From the NCBI GenBank assembly GCA_964016885.1, contig OZ024740.1, positions 179,614,001 to 179,678,000 of the forward strand: a stretch of DNA of 64,000 bases. Reading direction: 5' to 3'. How positions within the stretch are numbered: position 1 is the stretch's first letter; every line of letters begins with the position of its first letter. Below are positions 11,253 to 21,234 of the stretch, piece by piece. The notes below the pieces were generated by a model that saw only the letters and a program-made list of their open reading frames with translations, was not told the DNA's origin and ran no database searches. The translations under genes and the position numbers were made by a program. The stretch is from Eledone cirrhosa (taxonomy: Eukaryota).

Positions 11253-14200
11253 ATGACCTCACTCAGAATAGGCAGCATAAATGCGCGTGGCTTGGGGTCG
11301 TCATGGAAGCAGGGTCACCTGCTCAACGACCTCAGGTCACTAAACATAGATGTAGTGGCCATCAGCGAGACCAGAATCTCCGAAGCACGGGCCTTCGCAC
11401 CGATCTTCGGCGGCTTCGATGTGTACGCATCTCCCAGCCGTCCTGGATCCGGTGGAGGAGTTGCTGTGCTTTTTCGGAGAGGTTTGGATCTCGCCATACG
11501 GGCCATCTTCCTGGACCCAGAGGGTAAGCTGGTGGTGCTGGACGTGACCAGCGGAGACGGGCAAGCTTTCAGGCTAGTGGCCGTCTATGCCCCGACAGGA
11601 GCAGGGCGGCCTGATTTCTTCCGGCGTCTGGAGACCTTTCTTGGAACGTCCCGCTCTTTAGTGTTAGTGGGCGACTGGAACGGGATCTTAGATGCACGCT
11701 GGGACTGTGTGGGATTAGCGGATAGGGGTGGAGGGTGCAAGAGCCTCACCAACCTGCTCAGGCGTTTTGAACTGTCTGACAGGTACCGATTGGATTTCCC
11801 GAATGTGCCAATGTGGACTTGGACAAACCGCATAGGGTCATCCAGATCATATCTAGATAGAGTATTTTGTAGGGAAATAGATAGGTCTAGCATAGGCTGT
11901 CCACAATTCAAGATAGTCAGCTACACGGACCACAAATTTGTGATCTGTGTGCTTGACTTAGATAGGCTTCATAGACGAGGACCCGGCTACTGGAAGCTAA
12001 ACGCGTCCTTACCAGCGCGCAAGGCCTACAGAGACCGGATTAGCGAACTAGTTAAGCGGGCGTTGACGGGGGCCATCGTCAACAACAAGTGGTGGTTTGC
12101 TCTGAAAAGAGCGATTAGAATAGAATCGATTAGGTTTAGTAAGGCTTTAGCAATAGAGAAAAATAGAGCAGAGGGAGAACTAGTTAGAAAATTAGACGAG
12201 GCGCTTAGCAAAGGCATTGCGACCGACGTGCTTGCGGCGAAATTGGCCCTTGACCAATTCTTCAATGCAAAGCACGAAGGCTGCGTTGTCAGAGCTAGGG
12301 TGCGTGCTCTCAGACACGAGGGGACGAAAGCCGTTCAATGGGCCCGAGTGGCGGAGGCGCGTCGTGGCAACAAAGCCACGATCCGGTCTTTGGTGGACCA
12401 CGACGGGCGCATGCTACTCGATCCCGGGCAAATGTGTGAAGCTTTTCAGCAACACTTCGCTCAGCTGTTCGGGGGCAGCGGGGGGCCGGGTAGAGGGATG
12501 GACTTTAGTGTCTACCTCGACGGACTGCCGCGGCTCTCGGCCACTGAGGCGAAGTGTTGCGAAAAGCCGATAACAGCCGCTGAAGTAAGGGAGGCGATGA
12601 CTGGCTGCACAAGGGGCAAATCGCCTGGTTTGGATGGTCTGCCCTATGAACTTTACGTACAGATGCCAGACTTGTTCGGAGGCCTCTTGGCGGACGTCTA
12701 CTGCAACTGGCAACAGAACGGGAGAATTCCCAGTTCTGTGAGCCGAGGAGCGGTGGCACTGCTGAGAAAGGATCCGAACAAGGGGGATAACATAGACAAT
12801 TTCCGGCCCATAACTCTGCTAAACACAGAGTTTAAGATTTTGGCCAAGGTGCTAGCAAAGAGGTTGGCGCTTGTCGTTGGTGGTCTGGTGGGAGAGGCGC
12901 AGACATGCGCCATTCCCGACAGATCCATCCACGACAACCTCCACCTCATGCGATACATCGTAGAGAGGGTAGCTAGGGAACCTGGCACGGGTGGGTCCTT
13001 GATCAATTTAGATCAGTCGAAAGCTTTCGATAGGGTCGACCATCGTTACCTAGCGGCAGTCCTGAGGGCGGCTGGCTTTGGGCCCGTCTTCAGAGGCTGG
13101 ATCGCTGCCATGCACAGCGACATCTGCTCTGTGGTGAGAGTGAACGGTCACCTGTCGGAACCGTTCAACATCATGCGCTCGGTCCGCCAAGGATGTCCCC
13201 TCTCGTCCCTCTTGTACGTATTGACTCTCGAGCCATTACTGCACAAACTGGAGACGTTAAGGGGAGTCCCGCGCGAACTAGGATGCGGAAGATCCGTGTC
13301 AGCATATGCGGACGATGTCACCGTAGTGGTGTCGAACGCCAAACACATCGAGGCGATCGGCACTACACTAAGAGAATACGAAGCGGTGACAGGAGCAATG
13401 ATCAACCAGGAAAAGTCAGTGGGCCTGCAGCTCGGCACCTGGAGAGGCAGGTCCATGCCGTCCAACAGCGTCGTCGGGCGCTGGACGGACGGACCGGTTA
13501 AATTGCTAGGGGTCTGGTTCGGTCCGGACCTCCAGACGGACAAAAACTGGGACGAGGTGACGAGCAGGGTGGCTTCTCTCACCCAGAAATGGGCGGAGAG
13601 GAAGCTATCCCTGAAAGGTCGAGCGGAGGTGGCTAACGCGTACATCGCGTCTGTCATCTGCTACCGCCTAACCGTCGTACCTTGTCCTAAGCCTCGCCTG
13701 ACTGCGCTGGAGCGTTTGCTCTTTCGCTTTTTGTGGAAGGGACGTGCTCCGATGGTCAGGCGGTCCATCTGTTGTCAACACCCGCTACGTGGAGGGCTGG
13801 GCATGCCGTGGCTGATGATGCGCAGGCACGCGCTCAGGCTACGACATCTCCACCTCTTCCTCGACGGTGATCAGGTGTGGTCGCCGTTTGCTAGACGCGT
13901 TTTTCCCCAGCTCGTTTCCTTGACGGAGCTGCAGTCCTGGGTCAAGCGAAGACCGAGAGGGAGCGCCTGGAGACTGGAATGTCTTCAGGCGCTCACAGCC
14001 CTCGACCAATCGGGCAATGTGATCGGTGGAAACTCCACCTCGGCGTTCTATAGAGGATTAGTGGAGGGGAAGAGCGACGACGTACTTGGGGAAACTCTAG
14101 GCGTCGACGAAAATCAACTAGCCAATCTCTTCGGAAGAACTTTCGGGCCAGGGCCTATGGACAACTTCCAGAAATCTCTGGCCTGGCAGTGCTACCGAGG

Positions 14201-14672
14201 AGCCTTGCCAGTTCGGGATAAACTCTACAGGCATGGAGGTGCCGTCAGCCGGGCATGTCCGAGATGCGCGCAGGGCGACGAAACCGTCCTGCACGCACTC
14301 GTCCAGTGTCCGAAAATTGCTGACTTGTGGGTTTATGTCGAACACCTGCTGTCGCGTTTAGGACGGATCCAGTTATCATCTGAGTCTATCGTGAGGATTG
14401 CCCCGCCCTCCTCCTTTAGCCGGGAAGGGCAGGCAGTTTTTATCTGTCTGGTGGCCATGGCGAAAGAGATAGTATGGTGGACACGTTTGAAAGGGCTGAA
14501 GACGAGCACTTACCTCTTCGGTGATGCTCTGATTGACTTTTTCAAATTTCATTTGAAAAGGAAAATCAGAGTAGAGAAGGAAGTGCTCTCTTCCCAGCAT
14601 TTTGTTGAAAGATGGGTGAGAGAAGCAAGAATGGCCCGAGTGAATGGGCCGACTCTGAGTATATATCTGTAA
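11253..14672 (+). CDS. LINE ORF2: APE endonuclease, reverse transcriptase, C-terminal zinc finger (1139 aa)
   Basis: SINARGL, ISETR, GDWN, YLDR, YTDH (APE); KSPGLDGLP, FRPITLLN, DQSKAFDRV, RQGCPLS, YADD (RT); CPRC...ETVLHALVQC. Confidence 0.96.
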   Translation: MTSLRIGSINARGLGSSWKQGHLLNDLRSLNIDVVAISETRISEARAFAPIFGGFDVYASPSRPGSGGGVAVLFRRGLDLAIRAIFLDPEGKLVVLDVTSGDGQAFRLVAVYAPTGAGRPDFFRRLETFLGTSRSLVLVGDWNGILDARWDCVGLADRGGGCKSLTNLLRRFELSDRYRLDFPNVPMWTWTNRIGSSRSYLDRVFCREIDRSSIGCPQFKIVSYTDHKFVICVLDLDRLHRRGPGYWKLNASLPARKAYRDRISELVKRALTGAIVNNKWWFALKRAIRIESIRFSKALAIEKNRAEGELVRKLDEALSKGIATDVLAAKLALDQFFNAKHEGCVVRARVRALRHEGTKAVQWARVAEARRGNKATIRSLVDHDGRMLLDPGQMCEAFQQHFAQLFGGSGGPGRGMDFSVYLDGLPRLSATEAKCCEKPITAAEVREAMTGCTRGKSPGLDGLPYELYVQMPDLFGGLLADVYCNWQQNGRIPSSVSRGAVALLRKDPNKGDNIDNFRPITLLNTEFKILAKVLAKRLALVVGGLVGEAQTCAIPDRSIHDNLHLMRYIVERVAREPGTGGSLINLDQSKAFDRVDHRYLAAVLRAAGFGPVFRGWIAAMHSDICSVVRVNGHLSEPFNIMRSVRQGCPLSSLLYVLTLEPLLHKLETLRGVPRELGCGRSVSAYADDVTVVVSNAKHIEAIGTTLREYEAVTGAMINQEKSVGLQLGTWRGRSMPSNSVVGRWTDGPVKLLGVWFGPDLQTDKNWDEVTSRVASLTQKWAERKLSLKGRAEVANAYIASVICYRLTVVPCPKPRLTALERLLFRFLWKGRAPMVRRSICCQHPLRGGLGMPWLMMRRHALRLRHLHLFLDGDQVWSPFARRVFPQLVSLTELQSWVKRRPRGSAWRLECLQALTALDQSGNVIGGNSTSAFYRGLVEGKSDDVLGETLGVDENQLANLFGRTFGPGPMDNFQKSLAWQCYRGALPVRDKLYRHGGAVSRACPRCAQGDETVLHALVQCPKIADLWVYVEHLLSRLGRIQLSSESIVRIAPPSSFSREGQAVFICLVAMAKEIVWWTRLKGLKTSTYLFGDALIDFFKFHLKRKIRVEKEVLSSQHFVERWVREARMARVNGPTLSIYL

Positions 14673-14932
14673 ACTAAAGGTGGAAAACTGGGAGAGGGCA
14701 CTTGCCTTGGTGGTCAGGGTCATTGTGGCTTTTTACTGGGCTTTCTCCACAAATGTCCCTCCGAAGTCTCCCCCCTATTGGGGAATTTTTCATTGTTATT
14801 TTCATTGTTATTTTTGTTACATCCTCTGTTTTTGTTTTTTTACACGCAGAAATGCCCATTTGTACCGTCCTGCATTGTCCTGCACTGTCCTTAATGTCTA
14901 CTTTATGTAAACCCTTGTGGTTAATAAAGAAA

Positions 14933-14964
<32 letters not shown>

Positions 14965-15177
14965 GAATGCCATGGTTGACGGAGGCTCGGCTCTGTAAGG
15001 TATAGTAATTTTTAACCGTTAAAACAATTGTAAATTGTTTAAAACTTGAACCAAATTGTTGATAAAGACACCCTCCTCCTCGTGAGAGGGGTCTTTCTGT
15101 CGGTTATTTGGCCCTTCGGGGTTAAATAACCAGTTATTGGGGTTTTGTACCCAAAATTTCATTTTAAACAAAAAAAC

Positions 15178-17274
15178 ATGGCTACGAAAAAGAAATTTCA
15201 TACGTCACTCCCACTCATTCCGTCTTCTTCTTCCTCAATCATCACTACAGCAGAGAGAAGATTGTCTCTCTCCCTCCCTTCTTTAAATGTGTCTCTCTCC
15301 CTCCCTTCTCTTTCGCAAGCAACGAAAGAAAAGAAAAGTCTCGTGCAAAGCGTGCAAGGTTTCTCCACGACGACGACGACAGCGACGAAACAGGTGTGCG
15401 GGAAATACGAAAACCCAGTTCATTCGTCTGACGTCAGGAATAATAGCAGTAGCAGCCGTAATAACAACAGCAACAGTGACAATGAAAACAACAGTAGCAG
15501 CCGCAACAGCATCACCAGCAACATAAACAACAACAGCATTAGCAGCAGCAACACCAACAACAACCACAGCAACAGCGGCGGAGGCAGTAGTCGTAGTACC
15601 TGCAGCAACAACAAAAGTACCAGCAGCTCTGACGACAACAACAACAGCAGAGAAAAACCAATCTCATTTGCAGGTATTGCGAAAAACTTGGAAACAATCC
15701 TCATAACAAATGAGGAATTAGAGGAAGCGAAGAAGATGGTGACAAAGAACGGACACCGAGCAATCTGCAAGGCAGCGGAAAAGTTTTTCGAGACCCAAGA
15801 GCACTGTACGGTCACGTACCGTACAGTAAGTACAAAATCCCGTAGGGTGGAAAGAGCCACAGAGGCCCAAATACAAAAAGCCTTGGGGTCTGTGTGGCAG
15901 CGGAAAACGCACATCACCCGAGGCAAAAAATATGCCACCGTAGACGTACTTTTTGCCACACCCCAGGAGGCAAAGGCCCAATCAGTAGTGACCCTAAGGA
16001 GCGAGGAAATGGTGTTGGTGCCCTCCTACTGCGGGCAAAAAATTGTGAGGGTCAAACTGACCCACGTCCCCCCCGGAATGACCCCTTCTTGGCTGGCCGC
16101 GTCTGTCCTCGTCGGAATCGAGGACAAAACAACTGTACTGCAAGTACAGAAAAAAGTAAGAGAAGATTGGGTCGGCTCCTCCATTGAGATGCTAATCCAA
16201 ACCAACCAGGAGTGCATCGAAGCTATCCCGGATGTGATAGACTTCGATAACGGCACTCAACTGCCCATAAGTGTTGAGGGCAAACGCCCGAAATGTTTTC
16301 GCTGTGGATCGAAGACTCACCTCAGGGCCTTCTGCAACGAGAAGACCCTGAGAAAGGAGAAAACCCCCCTCCTTCCGAATCCGGCTCCACGGCTACCAGC
16401 AACAGGACAAGCGGCAACCAAGAACGATAGGCCCGTGGCACCCATACCCACTCCACGGAAATCAAAAACAGCAGCAGCAGTGGAAATACTAACAACAACA
16501 ACAGCAATACCAAATGCAGCTGCAACAGAGACTCCAGTGCAAACATCACCAACAACAACAAGTGAAAGAGTGGAGTTGGTACCCCTCCCCGACCTCACAG
16601 AATCAGACATGGAGTGTGAGGTGGGAGAGAGATGGCAAAAGGTCGTAAGAAGGCACAAACGCAGAAGCAGCGCATCGTCGCCTTTGAAAAGTGAGGAAAG
16701 AAATGAGAAAAGGGTAAAGTCTACTGCAAAGAGACCTACAGCAGCAACAACACCAACACCATCACCACCCACACTAGCGCCACCATCACCACCGGCGACA
16801 ACCCCACCGCCAACAACACCTTCAACACCACCACCACCAGCACCAACATCGCAAACACAACAACAAAACACACACACCCAGCAACAACGACAAGAAAATA
16901 GCAGAACCACACCCCACCCCCAGAAAAACAAATGCACGGCAATAAATACACACAACAAGAAACTAATGACTTACATAATTGAACACACAGACATTTCACA
17001 ACAGGACTACATAATACCAGCACCAATCAAAACGCCAACTAACATAAGACTGCTAAAAATAGCACAGAAACAATACACAAATATTAAAACGAAATTCCCC
17101 AACGCAGTTGGTGATTTCAGGGACCTAGGAGGAACCATCAATCGAAGAGTATACTCAGACATTCTCTTAGAAGAGCCGACGACCAGCCGAAGGGACGATT
17201 CAACGGTCCCTTCACCAGACGATCAAGTGAAAAGGGATGTAAAAACCATCCCTCCTCTACCAAAAGTACGGTAA
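15178..17274 (+). CDS. LINE ORF1 protein, copy 2
   Basis: As copy 1, with three amino-acid differences. Confidence 0.88.
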   Translation: MATKKKFHTSLPLIPSSSSSIITTAERRLSLSLPSLNVSLSLPSLSQATKEKKSLVQSVQGFSTTTTTATKQVCGKYENPVHSSDVRNNSSSSRNNNSNSDNENNSSSRNSITSNINNNSISSSNTNNNHSNSGGGSSRSTCSNNKSTSSSDDNNNSREKPISFAGIAKNLETILITNEELEEAKKMVTKNGHRAICKAAEKFFETQEHCTVTYRTVSTKSRRVERATEAQIQKALGSVWQRKTHITRGKKYATVDVLFATPQEAKAQSVVTLRSEEMVLVPSYCGQKIVRVKLTHVPPGMTPSWLAASVLVGIEDKTTVLQVQKKVREDWVGSSIEMLIQTNQECIEAIPDVIDFDNGTQLPISVEGKRPKCFRCGSKTHLRAFCNEKTLRKEKTPLLPNPAPRLPATGQAATKNDRPVAPIPTPRKSKTAAAVEILTTTTAIPNAAATETPVQTSPTTTSERVELVPLPDLTESDMECEVGERWQKVVRRHKRRSSASSPLKSEERNEKRVKSTAKRPTAATTPTPSPPTLAPPSPPATTPPPTTPSTPPPPAPTSQTQQQNTHTQQQRQENSRTTPHPQKNKCTAINTHNKKLMTYIIEHTDISQQDYIIPAPIKTPTNIRLLKIAQKQYTNIKTKFPNAVGDFRDLGGTINRRVYSDILLEEPTTSRRDDSTVPSPDDQVKRDVKTIPPLPKVR

Positions 17275-17309
17275 GTGGTCTTTCCCATCTTTTCCACTCT
17301 ATTTTAAAC

Positions 17310-20300
17310 ATGACCTCACTCAGAATAGGCAGCATAAATGCGCGTGGCTTGGGGTCGTCATGGAAGCAGGGTCACCTGCTCAACGACCTCAGGTCACTAA
17401 ACATAGATGTAGTGGCCATCAGCGAGACCAGAATCTCCGAAGCACGGGCCTTCGCACCGATCTTCGGCGGCTTCGATGTGTACGCATCTCCCAGCCGTCC
17501 TGGATCCGGTGGAGGAGTTGCTGTGCTTTTTCGGAGAGGTTTGGATCTCGCCATACGGGCCATCTTCCTGGACCCAGAGGGTAAGCTGGTGGTGCTGGAC
17601 GTGACCAGCGGAGACGGGCAAGCTTTCAGGCTAGTGGCCGTCTATGCCCCGACAGGAGCAGGGCGGCCTGATTTCTTCCGGCGTCTGGAGACCTTTCTTG
17701 GAACGTCCTGCTCTTTAGTGTTAGTGGGCGACTGGAACGGGATCTTAGATGCACGCTGGGACTGTGTGGGATTAGCGGATAGGGGTGGAGGGTGCAAGAG
17801 CCTCACCAACCTGCTCAGGCGTTTTGAACTGTCTGACAGGTACCGATTGGATTTCCCGAATGTGCCAATGTGGACTTGGACAAACCGCATAGGGTCATCC
17901 AGATCATATCTAGATAGAGTATTTTGTAGGGAAATAGATAGGTCTAGCATAGGCTGTCCACAATTCAAGATAGTCAGCTACACGGACCACAAATTCGTGA
18001 TCTGTGTGCTTGACTTAGATAGGCTTCATAGACGAGGACCCGGCTACTGGAAGCTAAACGCGTCCTTACCAGCGCGCAAGGCCTACAGAGACCGGATTAG
18101 CGAACTAGTTAAGCGGGCGTTGACGGGGGCCATCGTCAACAACAAGTGGTGGTTTGCTCTGAAAAGAGCGATTAGAATAGAATCGATTAGGTTTAGTAAG
18201 GCTTTAGCAATAGAGAAAAATAGAGCAGAGGGAGAACTAGTTAGAAAATTAGACGAGGCGCTTAGCAAAGGCATTGCGACCGACGTGCTTGCGGCGAAAT
18301 TGGCCCTTGACCAATTCTTCAATGCAAAGCACGAAGGCTGCGTTGTCAGAGCTAGGCTGCGTGCTCTCAGACACGAGGGGACGAAAGCCGTTCAATGGGC
18401 CCGAGTGGCGGAGGCGCGTCGTGGCAACAAAGCCACGATCCGGTCTTTGGTGGACCACGACGGGCGCATGCTACTCGATCCCGGGCAAATGTGTGAAGCT
18501 TTTCAGCGACACTTCGCTCAGCTGTTCGGGGGCAGCGGGGGGCCGGGTAGAGGGATGGACTTTAGTGTCTACCTCGACGGACTGCCGCGGCTCTCGGCCA
18601 CTGAGGCGAAGTGTTGCGAAAAGCCGATAACAGCCGCTGAAGTACGGGAGGCAATGACTGGCTGCACAAGGGGTAAATCGCCTGGTTTGGATGGTCTGCC
18701 CTATGAACTTTACGTACAGATGCCAGACTTGTTCGGAGGCCTCTTGGCGGACGTCTACTGCAACTGGCAACAGAACGGGAGAATTCCCAGTTCTGTGAGC
18801 CGAGGAGCGGTGGCACTGCTGAGAAAGGATCCGAACAAGGGGGATAACATAGACAATTTCCGGCCCATAACTCTGCTAAACACAGAGTTTAAGATTTTGG
18901 CCAAGGTGCTAGCAAAGAGGTTGGCGCTTGTCGTTGGTGGTCTGGTGGGAGAGGCGCAGACATGCGCCATTCCCGACAGATCCATCCACGACAACCTCCA
19001 CCTCATGCGATACATCGTAGAGAGGGTAGCTAGGGAACCTGGCACGGGTGGGTCCTTGATCAATTTAGATCAGTCGAAAGCTTTCGATAGGGTCGACCAT
19101 CGTTACCTAGCGGCAGTCCTGAGGGCGGCTGGCTTTGGGCCCGTCTTCAGAGGCTGGATCGCTGCCATGCACAGCGACATCTGCTCTGTGGTGAGAGTGA
19201 ACGGTCACCTGTCGGAACCGTTCAACATCATGCGCTCGGTCCGCCAAGGATGTCCCCTCTCGTCCCTCTTGTACGTATTGACTCTCGAGCCATTACTGCA
19301 CAAACTGGAGACGTTAAGGGGAGTCCCGCGCGAACTAGGATGCGGAAGATCCGTGTCAGCATATGCGGACGATGTCACCGTAGTGGTGTCGAACGCCAAA
19401 CACATCGAGGCGATCGGCACTACACTAAGAGAATACGAAGCGGTGACAGGAGCAATGATCAACCAGGAAAAGTCAGTGGGCCTGCAGCTCGGCACCTGGA
19501 GAGGCAGGTCCATGCCGTCCAACAGCGTCGTCGGGCGCTGGACGGACGGACCGGTTAAATTGCTAGGGGTCTGGTTCGGTCCGGACCTCCAGACGGACAA
19601 AAACTGGGACGAGGTGACGAGCAGGGTGGCTTCTCTCACCCAGAAATGGGCGGAGAGGAAGCTATCCCTGAAAGGTCGAGCGGAGGTGGCTAACGCGTAC
19701 ATCGCGTCTGTCATCTGCTACCGCCTAACCGTCGTACCTTGTCCTAAGCCTCGCCTGACTGCGCTGGAGCGTTTGCTCTTTCGCTTTTTGTGGAAGGGAC
19801 GTGCTCCGATGGTCAGGCGGTCCATCTGTTGTCAACACCCGCTACGTGGAGGGCTGGGCATGCCGTGGCTGATGATGCGCAGGCACGCGCTCAGGCTACG
19901 ACATCTCCACCTCTTCCTCGACGGTGATCAGGTGTGGTCGCCGTTTGCTAGACGCGTTTTTCCCCAGCTCGTTTCCTTGACGGAGCTGCAGTCCTGGGTC
20001 AAGCGAAGACCGAGAGGGAGCGCCTGGAGACTGGAATGTCTTCAGGCGCTCACAGCCCTCGACCAATCGGGCAATGTGATCGGTGGAAACTCCACCTCGG
20101 CGTTCTATAGAGGATTAGTGGAGGGGAAGAGCGACGACGTACTTGGGGAAACTCTAGGCGTCGACGAAAATCAACTAGCCAATCTCTTCGGAAGAACTTT
20201 CGGGCCAGGGCCTATGGACAACTTCCAGAAATCTCTGGCCTGGCAGTGCTACCGAGGAGCCTTGCCAGTTCGGGATAAACTCTACAGGCATGGAGGTGCC

Positions 20301-20729
20301 GTCAGCCGGGCATGTCCGAGATGCGCGCAGGGCGACGAAACCGTCCTGCACGCACTCGTCCAGTGTCCGAAAATTGCTGACTTGTGGGTTTATGTCGAAC
20401 ACCTGCTGTCGCGTTTAGGACGGATCCAGTTATCATCTGAGTCTATCGTGAGGATTGCCCCGCCCTCCTCCTTTAGCCGGGAAGGGCAGGCAGTTTTTAT
20501 CTGTCTGGTGGCCATGGCGAAAGAGATAGTATGGTGGACACGTTTGAAAGGGCTGAAGACGAGCACTTACCTCTTCGGTGATGCTCTGATTGACTTTTTC
20601 AAATTTCATTTGAAAAGGAAAATCAGAGTAGAGAAGGAAGTGCTCTCTTCCCAGCATTTTGTTGAAAGATGGGTGAGAGAAGCAAGAATGGCCCGAGTGA
20701 ATGGGCCGACTCTGAGTATATATCTGTAA
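17310..20729 (+). CDS. LINE ORF2 (APE-RT-zf), copy 2
   Basis: Intact 1139-aa ORF with all catalytic motifs. Confidence 0.96.
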   Translation: MTSLRIGSINARGLGSSWKQGHLLNDLRSLNIDVVAISETRISEARAFAPIFGGFDVYASPSRPGSGGGVAVLFRRGLDLAIRAIFLDPEGKLVVLDVTSGDGQAFRLVAVYAPTGAGRPDFFRRLETFLGTSCSLVLVGDWNGILDARWDCVGLADRGGGCKSLTNLLRRFELSDRYRLDFPNVPMWTWTNRIGSSRSYLDRVFCREIDRSSIGCPQFKIVSYTDHKFVICVLDLDRLHRRGPGYWKLNASLPARKAYRDRISELVKRALTGAIVNNKWWFALKRAIRIESIRFSKALAIEKNRAEGELVRKLDEALSKGIATDVLAAKLALDQFFNAKHEGCVVRARLRALRHEGTKAVQWARVAEARRGNKATIRSLVDHDGRMLLDPGQMCEAFQRHFAQLFGGSGGPGRGMDFSVYLDGLPRLSATEAKCCEKPITAAEVREAMTGCTRGKSPGLDGLPYELYVQMPDLFGGLLADVYCNWQQNGRIPSSVSRGAVALLRKDPNKGDNIDNFRPITLLNTEFKILAKVLAKRLALVVGGLVGEAQTCAIPDRSIHDNLHLMRYIVERVAREPGTGGSLINLDQSKAFDRVDHRYLAAVLRAAGFGPVFRGWIAAMHSDICSVVRVNGHLSEPFNIMRSVRQGCPLSSLLYVLTLEPLLHKLETLRGVPRELGCGRSVSAYADDVTVVVSNAKHIEAIGTTLREYEAVTGAMINQEKSVGLQLGTWRGRSMPSNSVVGRWTDGPVKLLGVWFGPDLQTDKNWDEVTSRVASLTQKWAERKLSLKGRAEVANAYIASVICYRLTVVPCPKPRLTALERLLFRFLWKGRAPMVRRSICCQHPLRGGLGMPWLMMRRHALRLRHLHLFLDGDQVWSPFARRVFPQLVSLTELQSWVKRRPRGSAWRLECLQALTALDQSGNVIGGNSTSAFYRGLVEGKSDDVLGETLGVDENQLANLFGRTFGPGPMDNFQKSLAWQCYRGALPVRDKLYRHGGAVSRACPRCAQGDETVLHALVQCPKIADLWVYVEHLLSRLGRIQLSSESIVRIAPPSSFSREGQAVFICLVAMAKEIVWWTRLKGLKTSTYLFGDALIDFFKFHLKRKIRVEKEVLSSQHFVERWVREARMARVNGPTLSIYL

Positions 20730-20989
20730 ACTAAAGGTGGAAAACTGGGAGAGGGCACTTGCCTTGGTGGTCAGGGTCATTGTGGCTTTTTACTGGGCTT
20801 TCTCCACAAATGTCCCTCCGAAGTCTCCCCCCTATTGGGGAATTTTTCATTGTTATTTTCATTGTTATTTTTGTTACATCCTCTGTTTTTGTTTTTTTAC
20901 ACGCAGAAATGCCCATTTGTACCGTCCTGCATTGTCCTGCACTGTCCTTAATGTCTACTTTATGTAAACCCTTGTGGTTAATAAAGAAA

Positions 20990-21021
<32 letters not shown>

Positions 21022-21234
21022 GAATGCCATGGTTGACGGAGGCTCGGCTCTGTAAGGTATAGTAATTTTTAACCGTTAAAACAATTGTAAATTGTTTAAA
21101 ACTTGAACCAAATTGTTGATAAAGACACCCTCCTCCTCGTGAGAGGGGTCTTTCTGTCGGTTATTTGGCCCTTCGGGGTTAAATAACCAGTTATTGGGGT
21201 TTTGTACCCAAAATTTCATTTTAAACAAAAAAAC

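Larger units (their letters stand above)
8908..14964 (+). mobile_element. Full-length Tx1-type (L1 superfamily) LINE, copy 1, intact, (ATT)10 tail
   Basis: 5'UTR, ORF1, ORF2 (APE-RT-zf), 3'UTR with AATAAA, (ATT)10; repeated at an exact 6057-bp period. Confidence 0.93.
14965..21021 (+). mobile_element. Full-length Tx1-type LINE, copy 2, intact, (ATT)10 tail
   Basis: Near-identical to copies 1 and 3; same 5' start GAATGCCATGG. Confidence 0.93.
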
